From: an uncultured Gammaproteobacteria bacterium
GTDB lineage: Bacteria; Patescibacteriota; Patescibacteriia; UBA9934; UBA11717
Length of the DNA stretch: 49,041 nt
Direction of reading: 5' to 3'
NCBI GenBank assembly: GCA_964365275.1
Contig: CAYIOW010000002.1
Span: 1-49,041, forward strand
Part shown: in pieces, positions 1 to 9,307 of the stretch
Numbering within the stretch: position 1 is the first letter of the stretch
Layout of the letters: each line of letters starts with the position of its first letter
Made by a program: the position numbers and the translations under genes
The notes under the pieces: model-generated
Seen by the model: only the letters and a program-made list of their open reading frames with translations
The model's database searches: none
What the model was told of the DNA's origin: nothing

Positions 1-102
1 GGCTGGGTGTATACCCTCCAAGTCCTTCCGGACGGCCGCATTGTTTCAGGAAGCGATGACAATACCATTAAGATATGGGACGGTGATGAATATTTGAGCT
101 AA
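1..102 (+). CDS. WD40-repeat protein, C-terminal fragment (gene starts upstream of window)
   Basis: Frame 1 reads GWVYTLQVLPDGRIVSGSDDNTIKIWDGDEYLS, then TAA at 100-102. SGSxDxTIKIWD is the classic WD40 blade signature. It is absent from the ORF track because there is no start in the window. Confidence 0.6.
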   Translation, partial: GWVYTLQVLPDGRIVSGSDDNTIKIWDGDEYLS

Positions 103-312
103 TTCGCTTACCTATGGACATAACACTATGAAACGGGACTTAGCATTCTTGAAAATGAGCAATATCCGATGCTCTGGAAAACAAAAAAACCGCAGGTGTA
201 CCGGCGAGTACATTGAGGATTTTTTCGTTTGAAGAGCGAGGAGATTGCCATTTTCAGACAATGATAGAGCCCTGTTACATAGCGTTATGTCCATATATTG
301 AGAGTAAAAAAT

Positions 313-1461
313 ATGCCAAAACTTAGACCACGTCTTCGCGTGCCGGTGCCGCCGTCCGTACGGCTTTACAGAAAGATTGCCGCCGTTTTTTTAGCTCTTA
401 CGGTCGCTATGCTAACCGTAGTTTTATATCTCGCAACGGTTAAGGCGACGATTAGGATTGAGACGGCCGATGTGCCTGTTTCAACGGAGTTTTTCGCAAG
501 AATCGTCTCGGAACCCCAGGGTCCGGAGGATATTGCGGGCAGGTTCTTTGAGGAGAATGTGGAGCGCGCGAGGACCTTTGAAGTGAAAGGCGAGGGAACG
601 GAAATTCCCGCAAAGGCGCATGGCATTGTTACAATTCAAAACGACAGTTTGACCGAGCAACAACTTGTAGCAACCACGCGCCTTTTGTCGCCGGAAGGCG
701 TGTTATTCAGAATAACAAGCGGAGTTATTGTGCCGGCGAAAGGGACGGTTTCGGTTGAGGCGCGCGCCGACAAAGAAGGCAAGGAAGGCGAGATTGAAGC
801 GACGGCGTTTACAATCCCAGGACTTCCGCAAGCCAGGCAGAAAGAGATTTACGCAAAAAGCGCGGAGAAGATGGTTGGCGGGACTGAAATAAAACGGCGG
901 GTTACCGAAGATGATTTAGCGGCGGCAGGTGATATTTTGCAGACGGAATTGTCGGATGAGCTGAAAGCGAAGTGGCAAACAGGTTTGCCGGAATCGCTGT
1001 CAGGTTTCGTTTTCTCTTTGGATGTTGCCGAGAAAAAATCTGATACCGCTCCCGGAACCGAGGCGGGTTCGTTTGCAGTAACATATATCGCGAAGGCGAA
1101 GGGTATGTTTTATGATGACGCAAAACTGAAAGCGGTTTCCGAAGCAGAACTGCAAGAGCATGTTCCGGATGGACAGATTTTAGTGGCAAGCGAGGCGCTT
1201 TCGGATGTCAAAATAAACGACTGGAATGTCAGCACGGGCATCGTTAAAGTTACCGTCTCCGTATCCGGTTTCGCATCCATTGAGGCGACATCAAAACTTC
1301 TTGACAAAGATAAGCTAATCGGCTTGAAAGCGGCTGAAGCGGAAGCGTATTTAAAGGAACTTCCTGCAGTAAAGAACGCGACAGTTGATTTGTTTCCATT
1401 CTTCGTGCGCCGCATACCGCGCCTGAAAGACCACATTGAAGTAGTGATTGAGAGTCGGTAG
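313..1461 (+). CDS. hypothetical protein with a single N-terminal TM anchor
   Basis: ORF 298..1461 opens on TTG; the first ATG is at 313. Hydrophobic segment IAAVFLALTVAMLTVVLYLATV. I recognise no family motif. Confidence 0.6.
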   Translation: MPKLRPRLRVPVPPSVRLYRKIAAVFLALTVAMLTVVLYLATVKATIRIETADVPVSTEFFARIVSEPQGPEDIAGRFFEENVERARTFEVKGEGTEIPAKAHGIVTIQNDSLTEQQLVATTRLLSPEGVLFRITSGVIVPAKGTVSVEARADKEGKEGEIEATAFTIPGLPQARQKEIYAKSAEKMVGGTEIKRRVTEDDLAAAGDILQTELSDELKAKWQTGLPESLSGFVFSLDVAEKKSDTAPGTEAGSFAVTYIAKAKGMFYDDAKLKAVSEAELQEHVPDGQILVASEALSDVKINDWNVSTGIVKVTVSVSGFASIEATSKLLDKDKLIGLKAAEAEAYLKELPAVKNATVDLFPFFVRRIPRLKDHIEVVIESR

Positions 1462-1497
1462 ATATGGATATGGAACTTCAACCGCGCTGGCTAAATA

Positions 1498-3318
1498 ATG
1501 AGATTTACAAATATGTCATCTGATATTTTACTCAACTTAATGCGTCATTCTTGCGCGCACCTTATGGCGGCGGCCGTTCAACAATTGTTTCCGGACGCAA
1601 AATTTGGCGTTGGACCGGTTGTTGAAAACGGATTCTATTACGATATTGATGTTGGTCGCGCGCTTTCGCCGGAGGATTTGGACACGATAGAGAAAAAAAT
1701 GCGCGAGCTTGCGGCGCAAAATCTTCCGTTTGAAAAAGAAGAAATGAAAATAGAGGATGCCATCGCATTCTTTGAGAAGCTAAAACAACCGTTCAAGGTG
1801 GAACTGCTTAAGGATTTGAAGGAGAAGGGGACGACAAAAGTCGGCGCGGATGAAGAAAACGATGTTGATGCGGCTCATCCGGATATTGCAACGATATACA
1901 AGACAGGCGACATTTTTATAGACCTATGTCGCGGACCGCATGTTTCAAACACTGGCGAAATCGGAGCATTCAAACTGGATAAACTCGCCGGGGCGTATTG
2001 GCGAGGCAAGGAAACGAACCCGATGCTCACGCGCGTTTATGGATTGTGTTTTGAAACACAAGAAGAGCTGGACGCGCATTTGAAAATGATGGAAGAGGCA
2101 AAGAAGCGCGACCATCGCAAGCTTGGTCGCGAACTGGACTTGTTTGCATTCTCTGACTTGGTTGGTCCCGGTCTTCCGCTATTCACTCCAAGAGGATACT
2201 TGCTTCGCCGAGCGTTGGAGGATTTTGTTTGGTCGCTTATGAAACCGTATGGATATGAGCGCGTGTGGATTCCACATATGGCGAAATCCGACTTGTACAA
2301 GACATCCGGCCATTGGGATAAATTCGCTGATGACATTTTTCATGTGTCTTCAAAAAAGTCGGACGAAGTGTTTGTATTGAAACCGATGAACTGCCCGCAC
2401 CACACGCAGATTTATGCTTCGTCTCCGCGGTCGTGGCGCGACTTACCGCTTCGTCTGTCAGAAGTTACGACCGTTTATCGCGATGAAAATACCGGACAAC
2501 TTGCCGGTCTGTCCCGCGTTCGTTCTATCACGCAAGACGACGCGCATATTTTCTGTACGCTTGAACAGGTAAAGGAAGAAGCAAACGGAATCTTTGAAAT
2601 CATTTCAAAGTTCTACGCGGCGTTTGGAATGTCTTTGCGTTTGCGCTTGTCAGTAAACGACCCACAACATCAGGAAAAGTATCTTGGCGAACCGGCGGCA
2701 TGGGAGAAGGCGGTAAATGTGCTTCGCGAATTGATTGAAGATAAGAAACAAGAATATGAATTGGGAGTCGGCGAAGCGGCGTTTTACGGGCCGAAGATTG
2801 ACTTTATGGCGAAAGACGCGATTGGACGCGAATGGCAGTTGGCGACTATTCAGATTGACTTCAATCAGCCGGAGCGATTCGGTCTTGAATACGCCGCGGC
2901 GGACGGCACGAAACAGCGGCCGGTGATGATTCATCGCGCGATTTCCGGTTCGCTTGAACGATTTATTTCTGTACTAATTGAACACTATGCCGGAGCTTTT
3001 CCGCTTTGGCTTGCTCCCGTTCAAGTTCGTATCGCGAGCGTTGGTGAGGCGCACGTTGAAGCTGCGAGAGCTCTCGTTTCCTCTTTAAAGGAGGAAGATA
3101 TTCGCGCGGAAGCCGATACTTCTGACGCGACTGTCGGCGCAAAAATCCGCGAAGCGTCCAGAATGAAAGTTCCGTATACGATTGTTTTCGGAGACAAAGA
3201 AGCCGCCGGAGGCGATTATCAGATTCGCGTTTTCGGAGAAGAAAAACCGTTGATTGTTTCTCAAGACAATCTCATTTCTGCGATGCGAGCGGAGGTAAAA
3301 CGACAGAGAGGGTTCTAA
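1498..3318 (+). CDS. thrS: threonyl-tRNA synthetase (no N-terminal TGS domain)
   Basis: 606 aa. It starts directly at the editing domain (HSCAHLM). Class II core is present (TVYRDENTGQLAGLSRVRSITQDDAHIF), followed by a C-terminal anticodon-binding domain. Confidence 0.95.
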   Translation: MRFTNMSSDILLNLMRHSCAHLMAAAVQQLFPDAKFGVGPVVENGFYYDIDVGRALSPEDLDTIEKKMRELAAQNLPFEKEEMKIEDAIAFFEKLKQPFKVELLKDLKEKGTTKVGADEENDVDAAHPDIATIYKTGDIFIDLCRGPHVSNTGEIGAFKLDKLAGAYWRGKETNPMLTRVYGLCFETQEELDAHLKMMEEAKKRDHRKLGRELDLFAFSDLVGPGLPLFTPRGYLLRRALEDFVWSLMKPYGYERVWIPHMAKSDLYKTSGHWDKFADDIFHVSSKKSDEVFVLKPMNCPHHTQIYASSPRSWRDLPLRLSEVTTVYRDENTGQLAGLSRVRSITQDDAHIFCTLEQVKEEANGIFEIISKFYAAFGMSLRLRLSVNDPQHQEKYLGEPAAWEKAVNVLRELIEDKKQEYELGVGEAAFYGPKIDFMAKDAIGREWQLATIQIDFNQPERFGLEYAAADGTKQRPVMIHRAISGSLERFISVLIEHYAGAFPLWLAPVQVRIASVGEAHVEAARALVSSLKEEDIRAEADTSDATVGAKIREASRMKVPYTIVFGDKEAAGGDYQIRVFGEEKPLIVSQDNLISAMRAEVKRQRGF

Positions 3319-3342
3319 TTACAAAACATTGATACACAGTTT

Positions 3343-5427
3343 CTACTCTTTTGGATTTTGTTCCAGCGATTTTTTGATTCTTGATTTGACTATCTTTCTT
3401 TTCGCCTCTTTTGATTTTGGTTTCCTGCTCGCGGTCTCCACTCTGTTCAAAATATTGTCCCAGTGTTTGATTTTGCGCCGTGCTTTCCATCTCGCGAAGA
3501 AACCGCCAACTGTTGTTTTATCCTGAAGCTCTAAATACGCATCCGGCGTGAGGTCTTTCAATTTCTCAAACGAACCAAGATACGCGTCCATCTCTCTCGC
3601 ATTAGCGTTCATATTCTTTTTTGCGTATTCAACAAGCCGCTCAACGCGCATTTTTACCGGCGTTTCTTCCGCCCCGGCCATTCGCTCTTCCACTTCAAGT
3701 TCCTTCTTTATTTCTTCATTGGCCTGAAAAACTCGCGGAGTTCTGCGGTCAATAATTTCAGAAGTCCCGCCATGTTCTATTGATTTATAATTTGAAAATA
3801 TTCCGCGCCTTCTGCTTGGATTCGGCGCTTCGTCTGCCGATTCGGAAATCTTGTTTTCGCGCGGGAGATTGAAGCCGTCATTGATTTCTGCATCCAACTT
3901 TGCCTCTTCTTCAGCATTCTTTGCGGCTCGTCGTTCGGTCTTAAACGCTTTTGTGCCTTTAGAGATATTTTTGGCTATTTCTTCCTGATAATCAGCGACA
4001 GACATTATTTCTCCGCTTTCAATGTCGGCTTTTAACTTTATCGCGGCATCCCGTCTTGCCGTGTCAGATAAATTCTTCGGCTGATTTGCAACCATTTCAT
4101 CCAGCACCTTCATAAATGTCGGTAAATCAACCCCGGTTCTTACATTGCTCTGCGGCGCAGTGGCATTTTCGTATTGCGTTTTCAGCCGGTCATACGCGTC
4201 CTGGACTGACAACACATCTTTTCGCGGTTCAATTAAAGTTTTCAAGACATCGGCAAACGCGACGACTTTGCCGTTTTTGATATCTTCAATCAAAGCTTCG
4301 GCCGCCACTCTTTTCTTCTCAAGCTTCGGGTCGGTTGAAGCGGCAAGCTCTTCAAGCACATCGTCAAACTCTTCTCTGTCCGATTCTCCGGTAACCCCGC
4401 AATTTTCGTATTGTTTTTTTAGTGCGAAATATTCCGGAAGCGAACGAGCCACCCGTTGGTCGCCTTCGTCGGTTTCAACAACCGAAGGCGCGATTTCAAA
4501 CTTTTGTTCGGCCCATTTCAACGCGGCATTATACGCTTCTGCGTTAAGCATTCCGGCACCGAGTGCAAGAGGACCGCTGGCGGCATGCAACGCTTCCGTA
4601 AGATCAACTATTTTTTCCGTATCGTCTTCTACTTCAATATCCCCCGCGAGCTGTGTTATAACTTCACCGCTGTCGTTAACTAGCTGAATTCCGGTTTCTT
4701 CAATCGCGCCATCTGGTAATTTTTTAATGTTGTCCGTAACTTCTTCAAGGTCGGTGTGAAGCTCATCAACATCCTCTTCTTCATAATGTTTCAAAAGCGG
4801 TTCTCGTAGCGGCTCTCCGTCTCGGTGCGCTCTTGCGGCTAGCACTTCCATTTGGGCATCTATTCCGGCGCGTTCGTCGCTTTCTCCGGCGCGCTGACGA
4901 ATATATTCCTTGAATGCCGCTTCAGCTTGTCTTGGGTGCATATCTGAAAGCGCTCGCGCTACCGGATACAGATTTGCGTTAAGTTTCCCGCGTTGGACCG
5001 CCGGTACATTGTAAGCGTCGCATACCGCGTCAATCATTTCGTCAGCGGCGCTCATCAGCGACTGTTCAACTTGTAATTCAACAAGCTGGCGTTCAGATAT
5101 TCGTTTATTGAGCTTGCGTTCGTTTCGTTCAAAACCGATTACATATAAAAACTTATCGCCGTCCTGTACGGTGTCAACAATCGTCCCGCCGATGAAACCG
5201 TGTTCGGAGTCGGGAATCTGGACGCTTTCCCCAACCTGAAACACCTGACGACTTTCTTGTATCGGCGGTTTAACGAACTCAACGACAGCTTTTTTCGGCA
5301 CGCTTGTTTTTTCCGCCGCTTCCGCGATTGAAAGCAGGGCGTCGTTGTTAACCGTATCCTCCGGTTTTTGCAGTTGAGGTTTGCGCGCTTCACGCATAGG
5401 GCTTTGCGCCGCTGTCGTTCTTGGCAT
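3343..5427 (-). CDS. large acidic orphan protein with internal repeats
   Basis: 694-aa ORF with an ATG start, rich in E/D/K. Module repeated at least twice (LKKQYEN...VLEEL...IEDIKNGKVVAFAD vs LKTQYEN...VLDEM...KADIESGEIMSVAD). No known domain recognised. Confidence 0.65.
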   Translation of the reverse strand: MPRTTAAQSPMREARKPQLQKPEDTVNNDALLSIAEAAEKTSVPKKAVVEFVKPPIQESRQVFQVGESVQIPDSEHGFIGGTIVDTVQDGDKFLYVIGFERNERKLNKRISERQLVELQVEQSLMSAADEMIDAVCDAYNVPAVQRGKLNANLYPVARALSDMHPRQAEAAFKEYIRQRAGESDERAGIDAQMEVLAARAHRDGEPLREPLLKHYEEEDVDELHTDLEEVTDNIKKLPDGAIEETGIQLVNDSGEVITQLAGDIEVEDDTEKIVDLTEALHAASGPLALGAGMLNAEAYNAALKWAEQKFEIAPSVVETDEGDQRVARSLPEYFALKKQYENCGVTGESDREEFDDVLEELAASTDPKLEKKRVAAEALIEDIKNGKVVAFADVLKTLIEPRKDVLSVQDAYDRLKTQYENATAPQSNVRTGVDLPTFMKVLDEMVANQPKNLSDTARRDAAIKLKADIESGEIMSVADYQEEIAKNISKGTKAFKTERRAAKNAEEEAKLDAEINDGFNLPRENKISESADEAPNPSRRRGIFSNYKSIEHGGTSEIIDRRTPRVFQANEEIKKELEVEERMAGAEETPVKMRVERLVEYAKKNMNANAREMDAYLGSFEKLKDLTPDAYLELQDKTTVGGFFARWKARRKIKHWDNILNRVETASRKPKSKEAKRKIVKSRIKKSLEQNPKE

Positions 5428-5449
5428 ATTGGTTGGAGTATAGCAGATG

Positions 5450-5478
5450 TTGACAGAGAGGAAAATATGGCATATGTT
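5450..5478 (+). promoter_or_regulatory. sigma70-type promoter TTGACA-17-TATGTT
   Basis: TTGACA (5450-5455), a 17-nt spacer, then TATGTT (5473-5478). AAGGAGGT (5503-5510) lies 5 nt before the ATG at 5516. Confidence 0.6.
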
Positions 5479-5515
5479 GAAAAGTCCCTTGAACGGGTTA
5501 GAAAGGAGGTGGCTT

Positions 5516-5986
5516 ATGCCGCTTCAAACCGAAAAAGAGGTTCGCCGACTTGGTCTGCACGAGCAGGTTGCGGCGAACGACCCGGTGATTATTGAAGAGG
5601 TTGTAGAGGGAATGCGGCGAATGTTCATGGAGTACATTTGGGTGTTCAAAGCCCCATTGTTACTTCCGTGCTTGCGTCGCGATGACATTCCGGCCTCCGA
5701 GCGGCTTTTGCGGTTTGTTGTTGCTCATGCGCCGAACTACGATGGCAAGAAACGAGTAGAGAGGGTTGAAGAGAAGGCGGTGACGGTGCTCTTTCGCCTT
5801 TGGAGGGTATGGCGAGAAAGCGCCGGGTACGATAACGACGGGCAATGCCGTCCGGAAAGTGTGCGGGCGTGGATTATGGAGGCGGCCGCCACTCGGCTTC
5901 TTTCCTGGCTTCGCACCGAACTTCACCCGACTCCCGATCTCGTTATCATCTCTGACGACGCGGTTGGGACTTCTGCGGCGCGCTGA
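5516..5986 (+). CDS. hypothetical protein (156 aa), GC-rich monocistronic unit
   Basis: ORF 5447..5986. I chose the internal ATG at 5516 because of the strong SD just upstream. No motif recognised. Confidence 0.55.
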   Translation: MPLQTEKEVRRLGLHEQVAANDPVIIEEVVEGMRRMFMEYIWVFKAPLLLPCLRRDDIPASERLLRFVVAHAPNYDGKKRVERVEEKAVTVLFRLWRVWRESAGYDNDGQCRPESVRAWIMEAAATRLLSWLRTELHPTPDLVIISDDAVGTSAAR

Positions 5987-6010
5987 GACACTTCGGCGCG
6001 TTTATTTTAT
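5979..6010 (+). terminator. rho-independent terminator
   Basis: 9-bp GC-rich stem (CGCGCTGAG / CTTCGGCGCG, including G-U pairs) that contains the stop codon, followed by TTTATTTTAT. Confidence 0.6.
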
Positions 6011-6061
6011 CTTGCACCTCCGTGGTTGTGTTCATAACTCATTTCTCGTAGAATTTTTCAA

Positions 6062-6964
6062 ATGGCGTCTCATCCGAAACTTATAGCGATAGTCGGTCCC
6101 ACTGCGTCCGGGAAAAGCGCGTTGGCTTTTGCTTTGGCGAAAAAATTCTGCGGAGAAATCGTGAATGCGGACGCGCGCCAGATTTATCGCGGGTTTAATA
6201 TCGGCACCGGAAAAGATGTCGGACTCGGCGTTCATCTCATTGATATAGCCGATGCGCGCGAAACGATGACGGTCGCCGAATATCAGCGGCGCGCTTTTGA
6301 AGCGATTGACGGTATTGTTGCGCGCGGTCGCCTGCCGATTTTGGTTGGCGGCACCGGTTTGTATGTGTCGTCGGTTATTGACGGTCGCGAATTCCCGGAT
6401 GTGCCGCCGCATCCTCGTTTTCGTTTTGTCGTCGGTTTGTTGCCGGTTATTTTGCAGAAATTTCTTCTTCGTATTCTTGACGGCAAAGCGGCAGAGCGCG
6501 TTGATTTGAAAAATCCGCGCCGCGTGCTCCGCGCACTTGAAATCGCTCTTTTTTCCGTGAAACGATTAAACCGAGGCCGTGATCTAAGTGTTCGCGGACA
6601 TTTGCGCGATTACGATGTTATGCGGCTCGGAATTGCGATTCAGAAAGACGAACTGGCAAGGCGCATCAATCGGCGTGTTGACGAGATGGTGAAGGGCGGG
6701 CTGTTTGATGAAGTTAAGAAATTGCTTGATTCTGGAGTGTCTACGAAGTTGCCTGCGATGTCCGGAATCGGATATAAAGAAATCACAGCCCACTTTCGCG
6801 GCGAACTTTCACGCGAAGAAGCGGTTGAGCTGATTAAAAAAAATACCAGGGCTTATGCCAAAAGGCAGATGACCTGGTTTCGCCGCGATGAAAAAATCAA
6901 GTGGGTTGAAAATACCGAACAAGCCGAACGCCACTCATCGCAATTTGTCAATAAGCAGTTTTGA
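6062..6964 (+). CDS. miaA: tRNA dimethylallyltransferase
   Basis: P-loop GPTASGKS, ADARQIYRGFNIGTGK, GGTGLY, RRVLRALE. Confidence 0.93.
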   Translation: MASHPKLIAIVGPTASGKSALAFALAKKFCGEIVNADARQIYRGFNIGTGKDVGLGVHLIDIADARETMTVAEYQRRAFEAIDGIVARGRLPILVGGTGLYVSSVIDGREFPDVPPHPRFRFVVGLLPVILQKFLLRILDGKAAERVDLKNPRRVLRALEIALFSVKRLNRGRDLSVRGHLRDYDVMRLGIAIQKDELARRINRRVDEMVKGGLFDEVKKLLDSGVSTKLPAMSGIGYKEITAHFRGELSREEAVELIKKNTRAYAKRQMTWFRRDEKIKWVENTEQAERHSSQFVNKQF

Positions 6965-8458
6965 CACTTCCGACGGGTCGGCGGCGCTTTTCGTTTCTTT
7001 CATAACTTGGCCGACGAAGAATTGAAGGAGGGCGGTTTTGCCGGAGCGATAATCGGCAACTTGTGTCGGTAATGACGCGATTACCTTGTCCGCGATGTCG
7101 TTTATATCAACGGATGTGTCGGCGCCAACCCCAAGTTCAGCAACAACCTCATGCGGGTCGCTCCCATTTTCAAGCATATGTTCCAGCACAGAAAACCCGT
7201 TGGTATTTGAAAGTTTCTTTTGAAAAATCATAGCGAGGAATTCCGCAAAATTCTCGGCGGTGAGATTCGTGTCGTTCACACTTTCTTTTTTTTCTTCCAG
7301 AAGCCCGAGAAGTTTTGTCGCCAGCCATGTGCCGAGCAGGCGTCCGAGCGCATCGCGATGACTTTTTGCGACGCTTTCTTCGGTTACATCGGTATTTGCG
7401 ACAATCCACGCATAAAACTCGCTTGCGGCATTTTCGGTGAATGCCGATATTGCCGGTTCGTTCGTTAGTGTCCACGATATCTCGTCTGCCAAGCCGAACT
7501 CTTCCTTGAATCGCAATCGTTTTGCGGACGGAAGTTCGGGCATTGTTTGTTTCTCTTCTTTAACAAGTGAAACGAGGTCAACCGGCGGCAAGTCCGGTTC
7601 ACGCATATAGCGATAGTCTGCGGCGACTTCTTTTGTGCGCTGTAAAATAGTTTTCTGTTTTACGGCATCCCAACCCCGTGTGGTATTTTCAGCGGGCGGC
7701 GTGTTAGCTCCCCACAATTCTTTTTGTCTTTGGATTTCAAAAATCAGCGCGCGTTCAACCGACTTGAACGAATTCATATTTTTAACTTCCGTCTTCGGAT
7801 AGAACTCGCTCTCGGTCGGGCGGCAGTTTTCATCAACAGGACGAAGGGACACATTTGCGTCGCAACGCAAGTGGCCTTTCTCCATATCCGCTTCCGATAC
7901 GCCAAGCGTACGCATTATTCTGCGATACTCTTGAAGGAATGATTTTGCGTCTTCAGGCGTTTGCAAGTCCGGCTTGGTTACCATTTCTATTAAAGGTGTG
8001 CCGCTACGATTGAAGTCAACCAGCGTTTTTCCGCCATGATGAATGTTTTTTGCCGCGTCGTCTTCAAGATGTATGCGCTCAATTCTAACTTTTATCGGAG
8101 TCCGTGTTCCTCCTTGAAACTCAACCGTCAGTTCGCCTTCGCTTGCGACCGGAACATCATACTGTGAAATTTGATAGCCCTTCGGAAGGTCAGGATACAA
8201 ATAATGTTTGCGGTCAAAGAATGTCGGCGAATTGATTTTGCAATTCAAAGCCAAACCTGCGCGTACGGCGTATCGCAACGCTTCGCGATTCGGATTCGGC
8301 AAAGTTCCCGGATGCCCGACGCAGATTGGGCAGATAAGCGTGTTTGGTGCCGCGCCTTCCGCCGAATTGTCGCATTCACAAAACAGCTTTGAACGAGTTT
8401 TTAGTTGGGTATGAACTTCAAGCCCGATCACGGCTTCCAAGTGGTGATATTTGAGCAT
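6935..8458 (-). CDS. gatB: Asp/Glu-tRNA amidotransferase subunit B
   Basis: VIGLEVHTQL...LFCEC near the N-terminus, PGTLPNPN, and a C-terminal GatB/YqeY tail (FFVGQVMKETKSAADP). 507 aa. Confidence 0.95.
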   Translation of the reverse strand: MLKYHHLEAVIGLEVHTQLKTRSKLFCECDNSAEGAAPNTLICPICVGHPGTLPNPNREALRYAVRAGLALNCKINSPTFFDRKHYLYPDLPKGYQISQYDVPVASEGELTVEFQGGTRTPIKVRIERIHLEDDAAKNIHHGGKTLVDFNRSGTPLIEMVTKPDLQTPEDAKSFLQEYRRIMRTLGVSEADMEKGHLRCDANVSLRPVDENCRPTESEFYPKTEVKNMNSFKSVERALIFEIQRQKELWGANTPPAENTTRGWDAVKQKTILQRTKEVAADYRYMREPDLPPVDLVSLVKEEKQTMPELPSAKRLRFKEEFGLADEISWTLTNEPAISAFTENAASEFYAWIVANTDVTEESVAKSHRDALGRLLGTWLATKLLGLLEEKKESVNDTNLTAENFAEFLAMIFQKKLSNTNGFSVLEHMLENGSDPHEVVAELGVGADTSVDINDIADKVIASLPTQVADYRSGKTALLQFFVGQVMKETKSAADPSEVSKLLIDKLR

Positions 8459-8565
8459 AATATGAACAGTGTATCAAGGAAGGATAGAAGCGGGGAAGTA
8501 TGGAAAAACGAGCAAACTAAACACCTATTTTGCGGATTTGCGAAAAATGGTAATGATAATTTCGA

Positions 8566-9285
8566 TTATTTTTTGAGTTCGCGATAAATGCGGACGCCAA
8601 TACCGACAATGACAGGCATAAACAGAGTGATTACCATCATTTGTCCGGCGGCCGCTAGGCCTATAGACGCGGTATTTGAAAACGCGCTTCCCATTGTCCT
8701 CAAAATCCACGCTATCACGATAGAGAGTATCCAAATCGGGACTAGCACCAATACATACGCCCACAGCATCGTCCAAAACATATTCCATTTTCTTTCTCGC
8801 GTAATTTCACGGCTCGCTTTCAAACATTCGCCGATTTTCTTTCCTTCAAGAATCAACATGTATTGCGCGGGGAAAAATGTCATCGCGATTATAATTCCGG
8901 GAATGATGAACAGCGCCGTTCCGATAAGAGCGAGCGCTCCGATTATGATTCCGAGACCAAGCAGAGGGAAGAGAATATCCCATACATTTTTTTTCGCCTG
9001 TTCAATATTGGTTGAACCGTTTGATTGAACCGATGCGAGAACTTTTATGAGCACAACAGTTGTCCAATATGATACGGCTATAGTCGCTATGCCTATAAAA
9101 ATCGCGGCAACCACATATGCTAAGGTATCACCGCGTGAAACGAGAAGCGCGGTTGAGAAATTATTCGCGGCAGACAATACAACCATCGGCGCCGTAACCT
9201 GCAGAAGTTCGCGCCAATGCTTCTTGAACAGCTCGTACGACTCTTTTGCGATTTCTCGCGAACGCGGGAGTTTTTTTATTTCCAT
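8566..9285 (-). CDS. polytopic membrane protein (239 aa)
   Basis: Multiple hydrophobic spans. It lies in tandem with a similarly organised neighbour. Confidence 0.6.
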   Translation of the reverse strand: MEIKKLPRSREIAKESYELFKKHWRELLQVTAPMVVLSAANNFSTALLVSRGDTLAYVVAAIFIGIATIAVSYWTTVVLIKVLASVQSNGSTNIEQAKKNVWDILFPLLGLGIIIGALALIGTALFIIPGIIIAMTFFPAQYMLILEGKKIGECLKASREITRERKWNMFWTMLWAYVLVLVPIWILSIVIAWILRTMGSAFSNTASIGLAAAGQMMVITLFMPVIVGIGVRIYRELKK

Positions 9286-9307
9286 AAATATTCAATGATG
9301 CGATGAA

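Noticed and set aside
112-294. A 60-aa ORF on the minus strand, downstream of the WD40 gene.
   Set aside because: Its start and stop both fall inside the two arms of the 18-bp inverted repeat, so the ORF is a by-product of the palindrome. The sequence is not protein-like.
6935-6964. A 30-nt convergent overlap of the miaA and gatB 3' ends.
   Set aside because: Both C-termini look complete. A short convergent overlap is plausible in a compact genome, and I see no sign of a frameshift or fusion.
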